64,000 nucleotides of DNA from a virus, in IMG/VR virus record IMGVR_UViG_3300020442_002247, positions 5,454 through 69,453 of that record; one strand, given 5' to 3'. This document shows, one piece after another, positions 8,033 through 18,582 of the stretch. Position 1 is the stretch's first letter; every line of letters starts with the position of its first letter. Under the pieces are notes generated by a model that did no database searches, had not been told where the DNA came from, and saw only the letters and a list, made by a program, of their open reading frames with translations. Both the position numbers and the translations under genes were made by a program.

Positions 8033-11000
8033 ATGGCAGTTGGTCGCATATCAGGTCCGCTCTTAAAGTCAAACCTTGTGAGAAACGGGGTTAACCTGGC
8101 TTTTGAGACAGACTTACTTTATTTAGACGTCAATAATAACCGAGTTGGTATTAAGACTGCTAATCCCCAGGCCGAATTAGATGTAAACGGCACTATACGT
8201 ACAACAAACCTTAATGTAACAACTGGAACAGCAGAATTTGGTGATATTAATATATCCGGCAGTACTATTAGTTCTGACTCTACTTTCTTAAATTTAGGAA
8301 CTTTAGATAATATAGTTTACAACAAGGTTGCATTAATAGATGATTTAAAATTAGAAAACAATACTGTAAGTACCACTGTTAGTAATGCAAATTTAGAATT
8401 TAGACCAAACGGAACAGGCAGTGTAAATGTACAAAGTAACTTAAATGTTACTGGAAATATACATGCTACTGGAAATATTAGTGCAGATGGAGATATAGTA
8501 TTAGGTGATGCTGATACTGATAGCATTACTTTTAATGCTGATGTTAACAGTAATATTGTACCAGATCAAGATAATACTTTTCAATTAGGTACACCTGCAA
8601 AAAGATGGAAAGATGTATATGTTGCAAACTTTAATGCAGATGCTATCACTACAACGTCACTTACAACAGGCGGAGTTGATTTACTTTTAAAACAAGGCAA
8701 TATAATTTATGTTGCAGAAAACGGTAATGATACTAATGACGGTGATCATCCACAAGATCCTTATGCAAGTCTTACTAAAGCACTAAGCGTAGCAACAGCT
8801 GGTGATACAATACATATATTTCCAGGAACTTATACAGAAGCATTTCCATTAACAGTGCCTGCAGGAGTAACAGTTAAAGGTCACACATTAAGAAGTGTAA
8901 TTATAAAACCTACAACAGCAACAGAAACAAAAGATGCATTTAAATTAAACGGTGAAGTAACCATAGAAGATTTGACTGTAATGGATTTTTATAGTGGCTA
9001 CAGCCGATACACAGTTACAGCTGGTGGAGGTTCAAGTGGTAGTGTTACTGTTAACATAGGTGTTGCACCTCAAGCCCATACATATGTCAGTGGTGGTAAA
9101 ATTAACAATACAAGTTTCAGTAGTGAAGTAAATGTAACTGGAGCAACTTATACTCACGGTACTGGAGAACTAGTAGTAACATATTCGGGTACTGTACCAA
9201 CATCAGGGCAAGACTTGATGTTAAAAGATTTAGTTTTTTCTTGTGCAAGTGGAGGAAATCACACTTACCCAAATAACGGATATGCATTTAAGTTTGCAAC
9301 TGATTACAGTGTTACTTCAAGATCTCCGTATATAAGAAATGTTTCAGTAATTACAAAAGGTAGAACAATTACTGCTAGTGATCCAAGAGGGTTTGCTAGT
9401 GGCGATGCTGGTAAAGGAGCGTATATAGACGGTGCATATGCGGCTACTGGTTCTAAAGAAGCTAGTGCATTATTTCATAGTGTAACATTTATCACACCGG
9501 GCGTAGACGGACTTACTTGTACTAACGGAGTAAGAATAGAATGGTTAAATTGTTTTACCTATTTTGCAAATCGCAGTATATATGCGTATGATAGCACACA
9601 AGGAAAATATTCAGACGGTAAAACAAGAATTAGATTAGGCGGAATATCAGGTACATTTGCCGCAGGAAACACAGTAACATTTACATCAACTGACGGAAGC
9701 ACAACAGTAAACATGACTGTTGAAAGTGTTGAGAATGATGTATTAGTTGTAGACGGTAGAAACACAAGCCTTGTTGATTTTGACTCAACACCACAAAGTA
9801 TTTCAAATGGCAGTGGCGCAACAGCAACAAGTATATTAAGCAATAATCTAAAAGACTTTGGAGCTGAAATTAGGACCATAGCCAGTGCATCTGTTTATGG
9901 TAATCAAGGATTAGTCGGCGACGGCCCGGGTGTTCTTGTGTATGCAATTGGACACAATTTAGCTTATATAGGAACAGGAAAAGAAACAACAAACGATCCT
10001 AGTGGTGTTACTCAAGCTAATGAAATTATAGAATCCAATGATGCAAAAATTAGATTTAGTAGTGTTGATCACAAAGGCGACTTCAGGGTAGGAAATTTAT
10101 TCCATGTTGAACAAGACACTGGTACTGTAAATTTTTCTGCAAATGAACTTAATATAAATCTTACAGAAGGTGCAACATTTACTGACGGATCTAACACAAC
10201 TTTTATAAATGGATCTAGAGTAGATACAGGAAATTTAAGACTAACAGGTAATACTTTATCATCTACAAGTGGTGATTTGAATATAGATAGTGCTTCTAAT
10301 TTAATTGTATTAAAAGATGATGTAGATTTAGACGGATCATTGAATGTAGCCGGCGATGCATTTATTGGTGGAAACATAACTTTAGGTGATGCTTCAAGTG
10401 TAAACATAACCATTGTTGCAAGAATAAATTCAGATTTAATTCCAAGCACAACAGATACTTTTAACTTAGGATCCGATGCACTACAATGGAAAAATTTATA
10501 TGTTAATGAAGTTGATGTTGATGATATTTTAATAGACACAAACTTTATTACTACTACAGCATCTAACGCAGATTTAGAATTACGTGCAAATGGCACTGGT
10601 AAGATTTTAATACCTTCCAATAATTTACAAATTGATAATAATCTAACTGTAAATGGCACAAGTAATCTTGGTACAACAAATATCACAGGTACAACATCTG
10701 TAAGTGGAGCAATAAGTTCAACAGGCAGTTTTACAGCATCAGGTATTTTAACAGCAAATAACAAACTTATTGTAACTAGTGATGCAGAATTTGAAGATAT
10801 CAAAATTAGCGGAAATCAAATTACAACTACTAATAGTAATTCTAATTTAGAGCTAAGAGCAAATGGTAGTGGTATAGTAAGTATACCTAGTAATAATCTA
10901 ACAGTCAGTAATAATCTTGTTGCAAACGGAACAATCACAGCAAACGCTTTAGATGTTGCAAATATTAATGCAACTACTTTCAATACAGATAATATACAAA

Positions 11001-11833
11001 TTACTCAAAATTATATTACAACGACTGATAGTAGCAGTGATTTAGATTTAAGAGCAAGTGGGTCAGGAGCAATTAAATTAGAAGGACTTACTGTAAATGA
11101 TACTACAATATCTTCAGCTACTAATATTACATTTAATCCGGGATCAGAATTATTAGTTATCGATAGCACAGGCGGATTACGATTACCAATCGGCACAACA
11201 GCCCAAAGAGACAATTCAGCCGGATCAGGACAGCTAAGATATAACACAGATTTAAATAGATTTGAAGGTTACGACGGTAGTAATTGGTTTAATTTAGCTG
11301 GAGTAGAAGATTTAGATGGCAATACTAAAATTACAGCTGAAACTAGCCCAGGAGCAAATGACAATGTAATTACTTTTAAAATAGCAGGAAGCGACATTGC
11401 AACTTTGACTAATACTAAATTTACAGTACCACAACTACAAGTAGATAATATCAATATAGACGGTAATGTGATAAGTACTAGTACTAACACAGATTTGCAA
11501 TTTTCTGCAAATGGAACAGGCGCTGTTAAATTTGAAAATTTTGCATTTAGTGGAAGTACTATAACAAATACTGTAACTGATGCTGTAACAGTTTTTCAAA
11601 ATTCAGGTACAGGATATGTTAGTTTTAGTGGTACTTACGGAATTGTTCTTCCGGTTGGTAACACTAGTGCAAGAGGAGCAGTAGCTCAAGGTTTAATACG
11701 GTATAATACCGATGACGAAAGGGTTGAATTATATGATGGGTCGCAATGGTTAAGTGTTGCAGGTAGTGCAGGAGGCATTACATTTGCAGAAGCTAAAGAT
11801 TTTTCCATTGAAGCGGCACTAATAGTTGGATAG
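8033..11833 (+). CDS. Large fibre/structural protein with a beta-helix domain (paralogue A2)
   Basis: True start is ATG 8033 (SD AGGAG; MAVGRISGPLL matches MAQLGRISGPLL of A1). Same domain order as A1. Confidence 0.82.
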   Translation: MAVGRISGPLLKSNLVRNGVNLAFETDLLYLDVNNNRVGIKTANPQAELDVNGTIRTTNLNVTTGTAEFGDINISGSTISSDSTFLNLGTLDNIVYNKVALIDDLKLENNTVSTTVSNANLEFRPNGTGSVNVQSNLNVTGNIHATGNISADGDIVLGDADTDSITFNADVNSNIVPDQDNTFQLGTPAKRWKDVYVANFNADAITTTSLTTGGVDLLLKQGNIIYVAENGNDTNDGDHPQDPYASLTKALSVATAGDTIHIFPGTYTEAFPLTVPAGVTVKGHTLRSVIIKPTTATETKDAFKLNGEVTIEDLTVMDFYSGYSRYTVTAGGGSSGSVTVNIGVAPQAHTYVSGGKINNTSFSSEVNVTGATYTHGTGELVVTYSGTVPTSGQDLMLKDLVFSCASGGNHTYPNNGYAFKFATDYSVTSRSPYIRNVSVITKGRTITASDPRGFASGDAGKGAYIDGAYAATGSKEASALFHSVTFITPGVDGLTCTNGVRIEWLNCFTYFANRSIYAYDSTQGKYSDGKTRIRLGGISGTFAAGNTVTFTSTDGSTTVNMTVESVENDVLVVDGRNTSLVDFDSTPQSISNGSGATATSILSNNLKDFGAEIRTIASASVYGNQGLVGDGPGVLVYAIGHNLAYIGTGKETTNDPSGVTQANEIIESNDAKIRFSSVDHKGDFRVGNLFHVEQDTGTVNFSANELNINLTEGATFTDGSNTTFINGSRVDTGNLRLTGNTLSSTSGDLNIDSASNLIVLKDDVDLDGSLNVAGDAFIGGNITLGDASSVNITIVARINSDLIPSTTDTFNLGSDALQWKNLYVNEVDVDDILIDTNFITTTASNADLELRANGTGKILIPSNNLQIDNNLTVNGTSNLGTTNITGTTSVSGAISSTGSFTASGILTANNKLIVTSDAEFEDIKISGNQITTTNSNSNLELRANGSGIVSIPSNNLTVSNNLVANGTITANALDVANINATTFNTDNIQITQNYITTTDSSSDLDLRASGSGAIKLEGLTVNDTTISSATNITFNPGSELLVIDSTGGLRLPIGTTAQRDNSAGSGQLRYNTDLNRFEGYDGSNWFNLAGVEDLDGNTKITAETSPGANDNVITFKIAGSDIATLTNTKFTVPQLQVDNINIDGNVISTSTNTDLQFSANGTGAVKFENFAFSGSTITNTVTDAVTVFQNSGTGYVSFSGTYGIVLPVGNTSARGAVAQGLIRYNTDDERVELYDGSQWLSVAGSAGGITFAEAKDFSIEAALIVG

Positions 11834-11838
11834 AAAAT

Positions 11839-12168
11839 ATGGCAGTACTTGTAAAAAATAAAGTTACAAAAACAATAGGCACAGTGCCGGTTATAATTGA
11901 TGAAACTGATTCTTCTAAAAGACATACAATTTTAGGATTAAGTTTTACAAACTTAACCAATCAATATGTTTATGTTAGTGTGCTTTTAAATGACGATACT
12001 TCTGTTGAAGGATACTACTTAAAGGATAGTATTTTACCAGCAGGTTCTAGTTTGAGAGCAGTTTCAACAGGTGAAAAATTAATTTTGGCACCAAATAACA
12101 CTTTAAAAGCAGTAGCAAGTGTCGATGACTCTGTTGATGTCATCGTAAGCTACGTGGAGACTTCATAA
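11839..12168 (+). CDS. Small ~110-aa virion adaptor-like protein (paralogue 2)
   Basis: Similar to 3380-3712 (LPAGSSL...GEKLIL...VIVSYVE). Confidence 0.7.
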   Translation: MAVLVKNKVTKTIGTVPVIIDETDSSKRHTILGLSFTNLTNQYVYVSVLLNDDTSVEGYYLKDSILPAGSSLRAVSTGEKLILAPNNTLKAVASVDDSVDVIVSYVETS

Positions 12169-12545
12169 TGTCATATTACATAGGAACAAGTCCAACAGAC
12201 GTAATTGGAAGTTTTATTAAAAGATATTTTTACGGTATGCGTAGAAATGATGACGGCGAATTATTTTTGATAGTTGCAGACCAACTTGCAGGAAATCAAG
12301 ATTCTGTTACTATAAACGAATTAGGAGTAGCAGAGGATAATTTTTTAGATTTTGAAGAAGGTATTGATTTCTTAGACGGAATAGACGCAAATCATAACAT
12401 TGTATATAAAAATTTAAGATATCAACAAATTAGATGGGATGACAGATCATTAGTTTACTATGTAGAACCAGACACAGGACAATTTGTGCAAAGAGTTACA
12501 GAAACTTATGTTTATCCGGACGGAATTTCGGGGACAGGATATTAA
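12168..12545 (+). CDS. Conserved hypothetical virion protein
   Basis: TAATG-coupled 125-aa ORF within the structural operon. Confidence 0.65.
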   Translation: MSYYIGTSPTDVIGSFIKRYFYGMRRNDDGELFLIVADQLAGNQDSVTINELGVAEDNFLDFEEGIDFLDGIDANHNIVYKNLRYQQIRWDDRSLVYYVEPDTGQFVQRVTETYVYPDGISGTGY

Positions 12546-12554
12546 GGAAAACAA

Positions 12555-15500
12555 ATGGCAGAATTTAAACTAGATAGATTTAAGTATAGTTGGAAAGGTG
12601 AGTGGACCACTGGAACTGATTATAAAAGAGATGACATAGTTAGAGTAGGTGGTAAGTCATATGTTTGTATTGTAACACATATTGCGGCGGCAAACTTTTA
12701 TGTTGATTTGTTGTATACTGTACCAGGTTCTAATCCTCCTGTTCCTGATCCTAAATGGGTAGTGATGACCAGTGGGTCATCTTTTGTAGGTAATTGGACT
12801 GTAGGCAATGCATACAATTTAGGAGACATAGTATTTAAAGATGGTACATTATGGAAATGCACAGGGAATGTAGCAAGTGCAACAACTTGGGCCACAGATG
12901 AAAGCAACTTTGAATTATTTTCAGCACACATTAAATTTATGGGTGCATGGACAACAGGAACAGACTACGGTAAAGGTGCACTGGTTAGATATAACGGAAT
13001 AGTATATAAATGTATTACATCACATACTTCACAAGCGGCATTAGAAGATGATCAAGCAAGTTGGGAAGTATTTTTTGAAGGTGTAGAATTTGTAGGTGAT
13101 TACGCAGGTGCAACAAAATACAATGTAAATGATCTAGTAAGATATGGCGGATCAATTTATAGATGTACAGTAGGTCATACATCAAGTTCATTAAATCCAG
13201 ATGTAATGGACTTAACAAAATTCACAGTTGAGTATCCAGGTTACCAATGGGAAAAAGATTGGGATTATCAAAAATATTATCAAACAGGTGATGTAGTAAG
13301 ACAAAGTGGTTATGTATATTACTGTGTAAACAGCAATGTAGATAGTGAACCGAGTGTAACAGATAGTACAAACAACTGGTTAGTACTTGCTTATGGTTAT
13401 TACTTTAAGGGTGATTGGTCACCAACAGGATTTTATAGACCAGGCGATGTTGTAAGTAGAGGCGGAGATCTTTATGTAGCAAAAACACAGATATCAGGCG
13501 GGGGACAAGAAGAAAGCACATTAGACTATGTTAATAGTGACTATTGGGACGTACTTGCAAAGAGTCAGTCTTGGTCTAAAGAAAACAATATAATTTATTA
13601 CAGAGTTTCTATTGGACCAGTAAATGATCAGTTAGATAGTCAAACTGGAGATCACAGATTTGTAATTGATGGTTCATACAAACCAGCATTGGTTTTTGAA
13701 AAAGGTGCAACATATGTATTTGACCAAAGTGATCCTACAAATGCATATTATCCTAACACAAACTTTGGCGAAATAAACAATGTTCATCCTTTAAACTTTA
13801 GTTCAAATAGTGCTAACGGACCATTGACAGACGGCGGAAACTATTACACAACTCATGTACATTATTATCTTGACAATGTAATGGTAACTAGAGAAACTTA
13901 CAATACTTTAGCTGATTTCTTAGCGGCAACTTATAGACGTGTTGAGATAATGGTTCATGCTGATACTCCAACACAACTTTATTATTTCTGTGACAAACAT
14001 TTATACATGGGTAACTCTGTTACTGTTATTGCAGGAAAAACAGGAGAATGGCAATTAGGAAAAGAATACAGAGTAAATGAAGTAGTATATCACTTAGGAA
14101 ACGCATACAAAAATAATACACAACACATATCAGATAACAATAACTATCCAGGAGATAATGGTAGTGGTTATGTGTATTGGGATCTACTTGTACAAGCTGG
14201 TCAACCAGCAGGTATGAACACCAGAGGAGATTTATTAACTTTTAATCTTAACAGAAGAGAACAAGATGACGGAAGTAGTTTTGGAAACACAAATGTTCCT
14301 ATTGGACGTAAAGAACAATTATTATCAGTAGACAGCAATGATACAGTGTTTTGGAGAGATTACATACACAATGCAGATGTAGTTTATGTTGATACTAACG
14401 GTGTTGATGATGCAGAGAATGGTTATGGATTATCTTATTACAAACCATTCAAGACTGTTAGATATGCTTTAGAATTTGTGGAAGATAATTTTGATCCATT
14501 AACTCCTGTTAAAGTTGCTGTGGCGACAGGTAGATATACTGAAATATGTCCAATGAGTATACCGGCAGGTTGTGTAGTAATGGGTGATGAACTTAGGTCT
14601 ACTACTATTGAAGCTAACCAACCTTTAACAGCATATGCTAATGACACTGACAAAGCTCAATCTTATTTTGATTATTTAAGTACAATAATTTTCGATGTAT
14701 TGAATAACAATCCTATTGTTTCAAAACCAGGTAATACTTTTACACAAAATTTAAACGCGGCACCAGCAGTTGGTACAGGTGTTACACCTACTATAGTTAA
14801 CCTAACCACTGATATAATGCAGTACATAAATTTTTATGTAAACAGCACTGGATTAGATGTAACTGTAACAGGAACTAATACACTGAATACTAATACAAAT
14901 TTTATTAACGGTGCAAACATATTACTAGCAAACAAAAAATTCCTTGCTAAAGATATGATAGAACATGTCAAATCAACATTTCCAGCTTATGTATTTGAAG
15001 AAGACAGAATGATGCATGATATTTTAGCATTCTTAAGAGGTATAGCTTATGATATGAAATATCCTGGAAACTATAAGTCAATTTTAGCGGCTAGAAGATA
15101 TTCAAATGCGGCTACAGGATCACAACTTGAAGATATGTTTTGGTGTAGAGATGTAACAGGCGTTAGAAACTGTACACTTGAAGGACTAAAAGGTACATTA
15201 AATCCTCCAGGTGTTTATGAATTATATCAAAGACCAACAGGAAAATCTTTCTGTAGCTTGGATCCAGGATGGGGACCAGCAGATAATAGAACTTGGATTA
15301 ACACTAGATCACCTTACTTACAAGGTGTAACTAACATAGGTACTTCATGTATAGGTAAAAAAGTAGATGGTGCATTACACAACGGTGGAAATAAATCCAT
15401 GGTTTCTAATGACTTTACACAAGTTATCAGTGACGGTGTTGGTGCATGGGTACTAAACAACGGTAGAGCTGAACTTGTATCAGTGTTTACATACTATTGT

Positions 15501-18500
15501 GCAGTTGGATACCTTGCAGATCAAGGAGGAATAATTCGTGCAACAAACGGTAACAACTCCTATGGAAAATATGGTGCAGTTGCAGATGGAATTGATGCAT
15601 CAGAAGTTCCACAGACTGCAACAGTTGATAATAGAAACAATGAAGCACAAGTAAGATCAGTTTTTGCAGGTACATTTAGTGATGAGATATTTGCATTTGA
15701 ATATCAAAATGCAGGACAAGAATATACAAATGCCAATGCAACAATTACAGGAGCTGGTGCTAATGCAAGTGTAGAATTTACAGATTTTAGAGATAATGCA
15801 CTGTTTGAAGCAAGAATAGTAAACCCACCAGATAGTGGAGCCGCAGGTGGATTAGGTTATTCCAAATATGGTAATAATGCACAATCTGGAAACACAACAA
15901 GTATTCAATTAGCAACAGCAGAAAGTTTTGCAGAAGCAGATATTTTAGGATTAAGAATAATAATTACAGCAGGTGACGGTACAGGACAATATGGTTATGT
16001 AACAGGTTATACTCCTGCAACTAGACAATGCACAGTATCAAAAGAAACAACAGGTCAGCCAGGTTGGGATCACGTATTACCAGGAAAACCAATTGCAAGT
16101 TCTTTAACTACAAATACACAATATGTATTAGAACCAAGAATAACCTTTAGTAGTCCAGGATTTGCAGATACATCAGCAAGTTTACCAGGAACTAACAATA
16201 TTGTAGATGCAACTTATGGCGAAACAACTCTAACATTTACAGATGTTGAAGGGACATTAGGTAGTGGAACTACAGACGATCAGGTTACACCAGCGCCGGC
16301 TAAATTTAATATTACAAAATCAGGCAAAAATTACGCTGTAACAGTATCTGATGCTGGTGCAGGTTATGCTTTAGAAGATACAATTACTATTGCTGGAACA
16401 GATTTAGGAGGTGCTTCTCCTGCTAATGATTTAACTATAATTGTAAAAGGAATAACAGACGATAGTACAAATGCAATTACATCCATTTATTCAAGTGGTA
16501 AAGGTGTTGCAGGAAAATTTGTTGTATTCAATGATGCAAATAATGTATATACAAGTGATGACGGAGTAAATTGGTCAGGATCTACTGTAAGTGCATCAGG
16601 AAGTTGGAAAAGACTTATAAGCGGAGGCAATAGATTTGTTGCAATTAGATTTGCACAAGGTGATGCATACAGTTCTAACAACGGAACGGTATGGACACAG
16701 AGAACAATGCCAGAAAGTGCAAACTGGTCAGACATAGCTTACGGTGGCGGCAAGTTTGTTGTAGTAGCTGAAGGATCAAACACAGTAGCCTACAGTGCCA
16801 CAGGTGAGTCCTGGTCTAGTGCAACAATGCCGGCAGATGATGACAGTACATTTACTCAATGGCAAGGTGTTGCATATGGAAACGGAAAATTTGTTGCAAT
16901 AGGTTCTAATAGAGAAGCCGCATACAGTAGTGACGGTTTAACTTGGACTCGAGTAAACAATGCTTTACCTGTAGGTGATTTTTATAACTGGGTAGGTGGA
17001 CTTACTTTTGGAAAAGGAAAATTCCTTGCTATTGCAAATACAGGAGATGTAGTTTACAGTTTTGACGGGCAAACTTGGTATAACGATACAATGCCAACTC
17101 AAGATGGTTCAACACAAATGAATTGGAAGTCATGTAAGTATGAACAAGGAATGTTTTTTGCTACTTGTGACACAGGTAATCAAGTTATAGGTAACGATGC
17201 TACAACAGGCGAAACTACTTTTACATGTACAAGTGAAGACGGTGTACACTGGACTGGCAGAAACTTGTCAGCACAGAAATCTTGGGTCACAAGTGCTCAT
17301 GGAAATCCAAATGGTGTACCTATACATTTATTACTTGCTGGAGGTGCTGGAGCAGATGCTGTAGCAATTTTAGACACAGGTTGTACAGCAAAAGGTAGAG
17401 CAGATTTAAGTAGTGCAGGTAAATTTAACGCAATTAAAATTTGGGATCCGGGTAGTGGTTATTCTACTGCTCCTACATTAACAGTAACAGATCCTAAAAC
17501 TTCTAGTTTAACATTACTGTTGTTCACTACTCAACGCTTAGGTGATGGAGTATTAGGACAACCTAGTTTTGTAAATAGCGGAATAGGATATAGATCTGCA
17601 ACAACAACTGTAGCAGTAAGCGGAGATGGATTTGCAGATATTATTCCTGGAGATGTAACAAGTGGTTCACAATTTGTAACATTACAAGGCGTAACAACTG
17701 TTCCAGGACCAGGAGCTCAGTTACTGTTTAGTACTATTCCTGATACTACTACAGCAGATCCAGATGATTTGAAAATTTTTAACGCTGTAGTAATTACGGA
17801 TTTAGGAGATGATGGTTCTGGATTAAACAAGAAAAGAATACGTTGTCAGATAAGTCCAAACTTAGAGATTGAAGATGATCTACAACATGACACAGCATTA
17901 ACAATCAGAGAACGTTACAGTCAATGTAGAATTTCAGGACATGACTTTTTAGATATAGGCACAGGAAACTTTGAAACAACAAATTATCCAGATATCTATG
18001 CTGGAGGTGCGTTTTTTGTAGCGTCACCAGAAAATGAAGTACTAGAACAAAACGGTGGTAGAGTGTTTTACACATCTACAGACCAAAGTGGTAATTTTAG
18101 AGCAGGCGAATTATTTGCAGTTGAACAGGCAACAGGTATTGTTACAATTAGTGCTCAATTCTTTGACCTAGATGGTTTAAGTGAATTAGCATTAGGTGGT
18201 GTTAGATTAGGAGGTTCTGGAGCAGTAATTAAAGAATTCTCAACAGATCCTTTCTTCTCAGAAGATAGTAATAATGTTATACCAACACAAAGAGCTATTG
18301 CTACTTTCTTAGCAAATAGACTTAGTGTAGGTGGATCCGATCTTGAAACTAACCAAATTATTGCTGGTAGAATAAGGATTGGTGGTCCACAAAACGTTAT
18401 TAACACAACTATAGACACAGAAATTACTGTACCAACACTAACTACTTTTGAAGGAGCAAGTACAAGTATTGCAGGATCTATTGTACAACAAATGATGTTT

Positions 18501-18533
18501 TTGAGACAACCATTTGATTCAGGAATGCAATAA
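12555..18533 (+). CDS. Giant virion appendage protein (1992 aa): CBM5/12-like repeats, cupredoxin-like insert, beta-helix, BNR-type propeller (paralogue B1)
   Basis: N-terminal W..GT.Y..GD.V.Y.G..Y.C...HTS repeats, S.DG..W propeller repeats, and the C-terminal GHDFLDIGTG...GGRVF.TSTDQ.GNFR.G block shared with B2. Confidence 0.82.
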   Translation: MAEFKLDRFKYSWKGEWTTGTDYKRDDIVRVGGKSYVCIVTHIAAANFYVDLLYTVPGSNPPVPDPKWVVMTSGSSFVGNWTVGNAYNLGDIVFKDGTLWKCTGNVASATTWATDESNFELFSAHIKFMGAWTTGTDYGKGALVRYNGIVYKCITSHTSQAALEDDQASWEVFFEGVEFVGDYAGATKYNVNDLVRYGGSIYRCTVGHTSSSLNPDVMDLTKFTVEYPGYQWEKDWDYQKYYQTGDVVRQSGYVYYCVNSNVDSEPSVTDSTNNWLVLAYGYYFKGDWSPTGFYRPGDVVSRGGDLYVAKTQISGGGQEESTLDYVNSDYWDVLAKSQSWSKENNIIYYRVSIGPVNDQLDSQTGDHRFVIDGSYKPALVFEKGATYVFDQSDPTNAYYPNTNFGEINNVHPLNFSSNSANGPLTDGGNYYTTHVHYYLDNVMVTRETYNTLADFLAATYRRVEIMVHADTPTQLYYFCDKHLYMGNSVTVIAGKTGEWQLGKEYRVNEVVYHLGNAYKNNTQHISDNNNYPGDNGSGYVYWDLLVQAGQPAGMNTRGDLLTFNLNRREQDDGSSFGNTNVPIGRKEQLLSVDSNDTVFWRDYIHNADVVYVDTNGVDDAENGYGLSYYKPFKTVRYALEFVEDNFDPLTPVKVAVATGRYTEICPMSIPAGCVVMGDELRSTTIEANQPLTAYANDTDKAQSYFDYLSTIIFDVLNNNPIVSKPGNTFTQNLNAAPAVGTGVTPTIVNLTTDIMQYINFYVNSTGLDVTVTGTNTLNTNTNFINGANILLANKKFLAKDMIEHVKSTFPAYVFEEDRMMHDILAFLRGIAYDMKYPGNYKSILAARRYSNAATGSQLEDMFWCRDVTGVRNCTLEGLKGTLNPPGVYELYQRPTGKSFCSLDPGWGPADNRTWINTRSPYLQGVTNIGTSCIGKKVDGALHNGGNKSMVSNDFTQVISDGVGAWVLNNGRAELVSVFTYYCAVGYLADQGGIIRATNGNNSYGKYGAVADGIDASEVPQTATVDNRNNEAQVRSVFAGTFSDEIFAFEYQNAGQEYTNANATITGAGANASVEFTDFRDNALFEARIVNPPDSGAAGGLGYSKYGNNAQSGNTTSIQLATAESFAEADILGLRIIITAGDGTGQYGYVTGYTPATRQCTVSKETTGQPGWDHVLPGKPIASSLTTNTQYVLEPRITFSSPGFADTSASLPGTNNIVDATYGETTLTFTDVEGTLGSGTTDDQVTPAPAKFNITKSGKNYAVTVSDAGAGYALEDTITIAGTDLGGASPANDLTIIVKGITDDSTNAITSIYSSGKGVAGKFVVFNDANNVYTSDDGVNWSGSTVSASGSWKRLISGGNRFVAIRFAQGDAYSSNNGTVWTQRTMPESANWSDIAYGGGKFVVVAEGSNTVAYSATGESWSSATMPADDDSTFTQWQGVAYGNGKFVAIGSNREAAYSSDGLTWTRVNNALPVGDFYNWVGGLTFGKGKFLAIANTGDVVYSFDGQTWYNDTMPTQDGSTQMNWKSCKYEQGMFFATCDTGNQVIGNDATTGETTFTCTSEDGVHWTGRNLSAQKSWVTSAHGNPNGVPIHLLLAGGAGADAVAILDTGCTAKGRADLSSAGKFNAIKIWDPGSGYSTAPTLTVTDPKTSSLTLLLFTTQRLGDGVLGQPSFVNSGIGYRSATTTVAVSGDGFADIIPGDVTSGSQFVTLQGVTTVPGPGAQLLFSTIPDTTTADPDDLKIFNAVVITDLGDDGSGLNKKRIRCQISPNLEIEDDLQHDTALTIRERYSQCRISGHDFLDIGTGNFETTNYPDIYAGGAFFVASPENEVLEQNGGRVFYTSTDQSGNFRAGELFAVEQATGIVTISAQFFDLDGLSELALGGVRLGGSGAVIKEFSTDPFFSEDSNNVIPTQRAIATFLANRLSVGGSDLETNQIIAGRIRIGGPQNVINTTIDTEITVPTLTTFEGASTSIAGSIVQQMMFLRQPFDSGMQ

Positions 18534-18554
18534 AGTACTAAGAGAAACATATAT

Positions 18555-18562
18555 GATAAATA
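18555..18562 (+). promoter_or_regulatory. Late promoter GATAAATA
   Basis: Motif 20 nt upstream of the B2 start, followed by SD GGAG. Confidence 0.7.
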
Positions 18563-18582
18563 TTATAACGGAGTTAACTTAA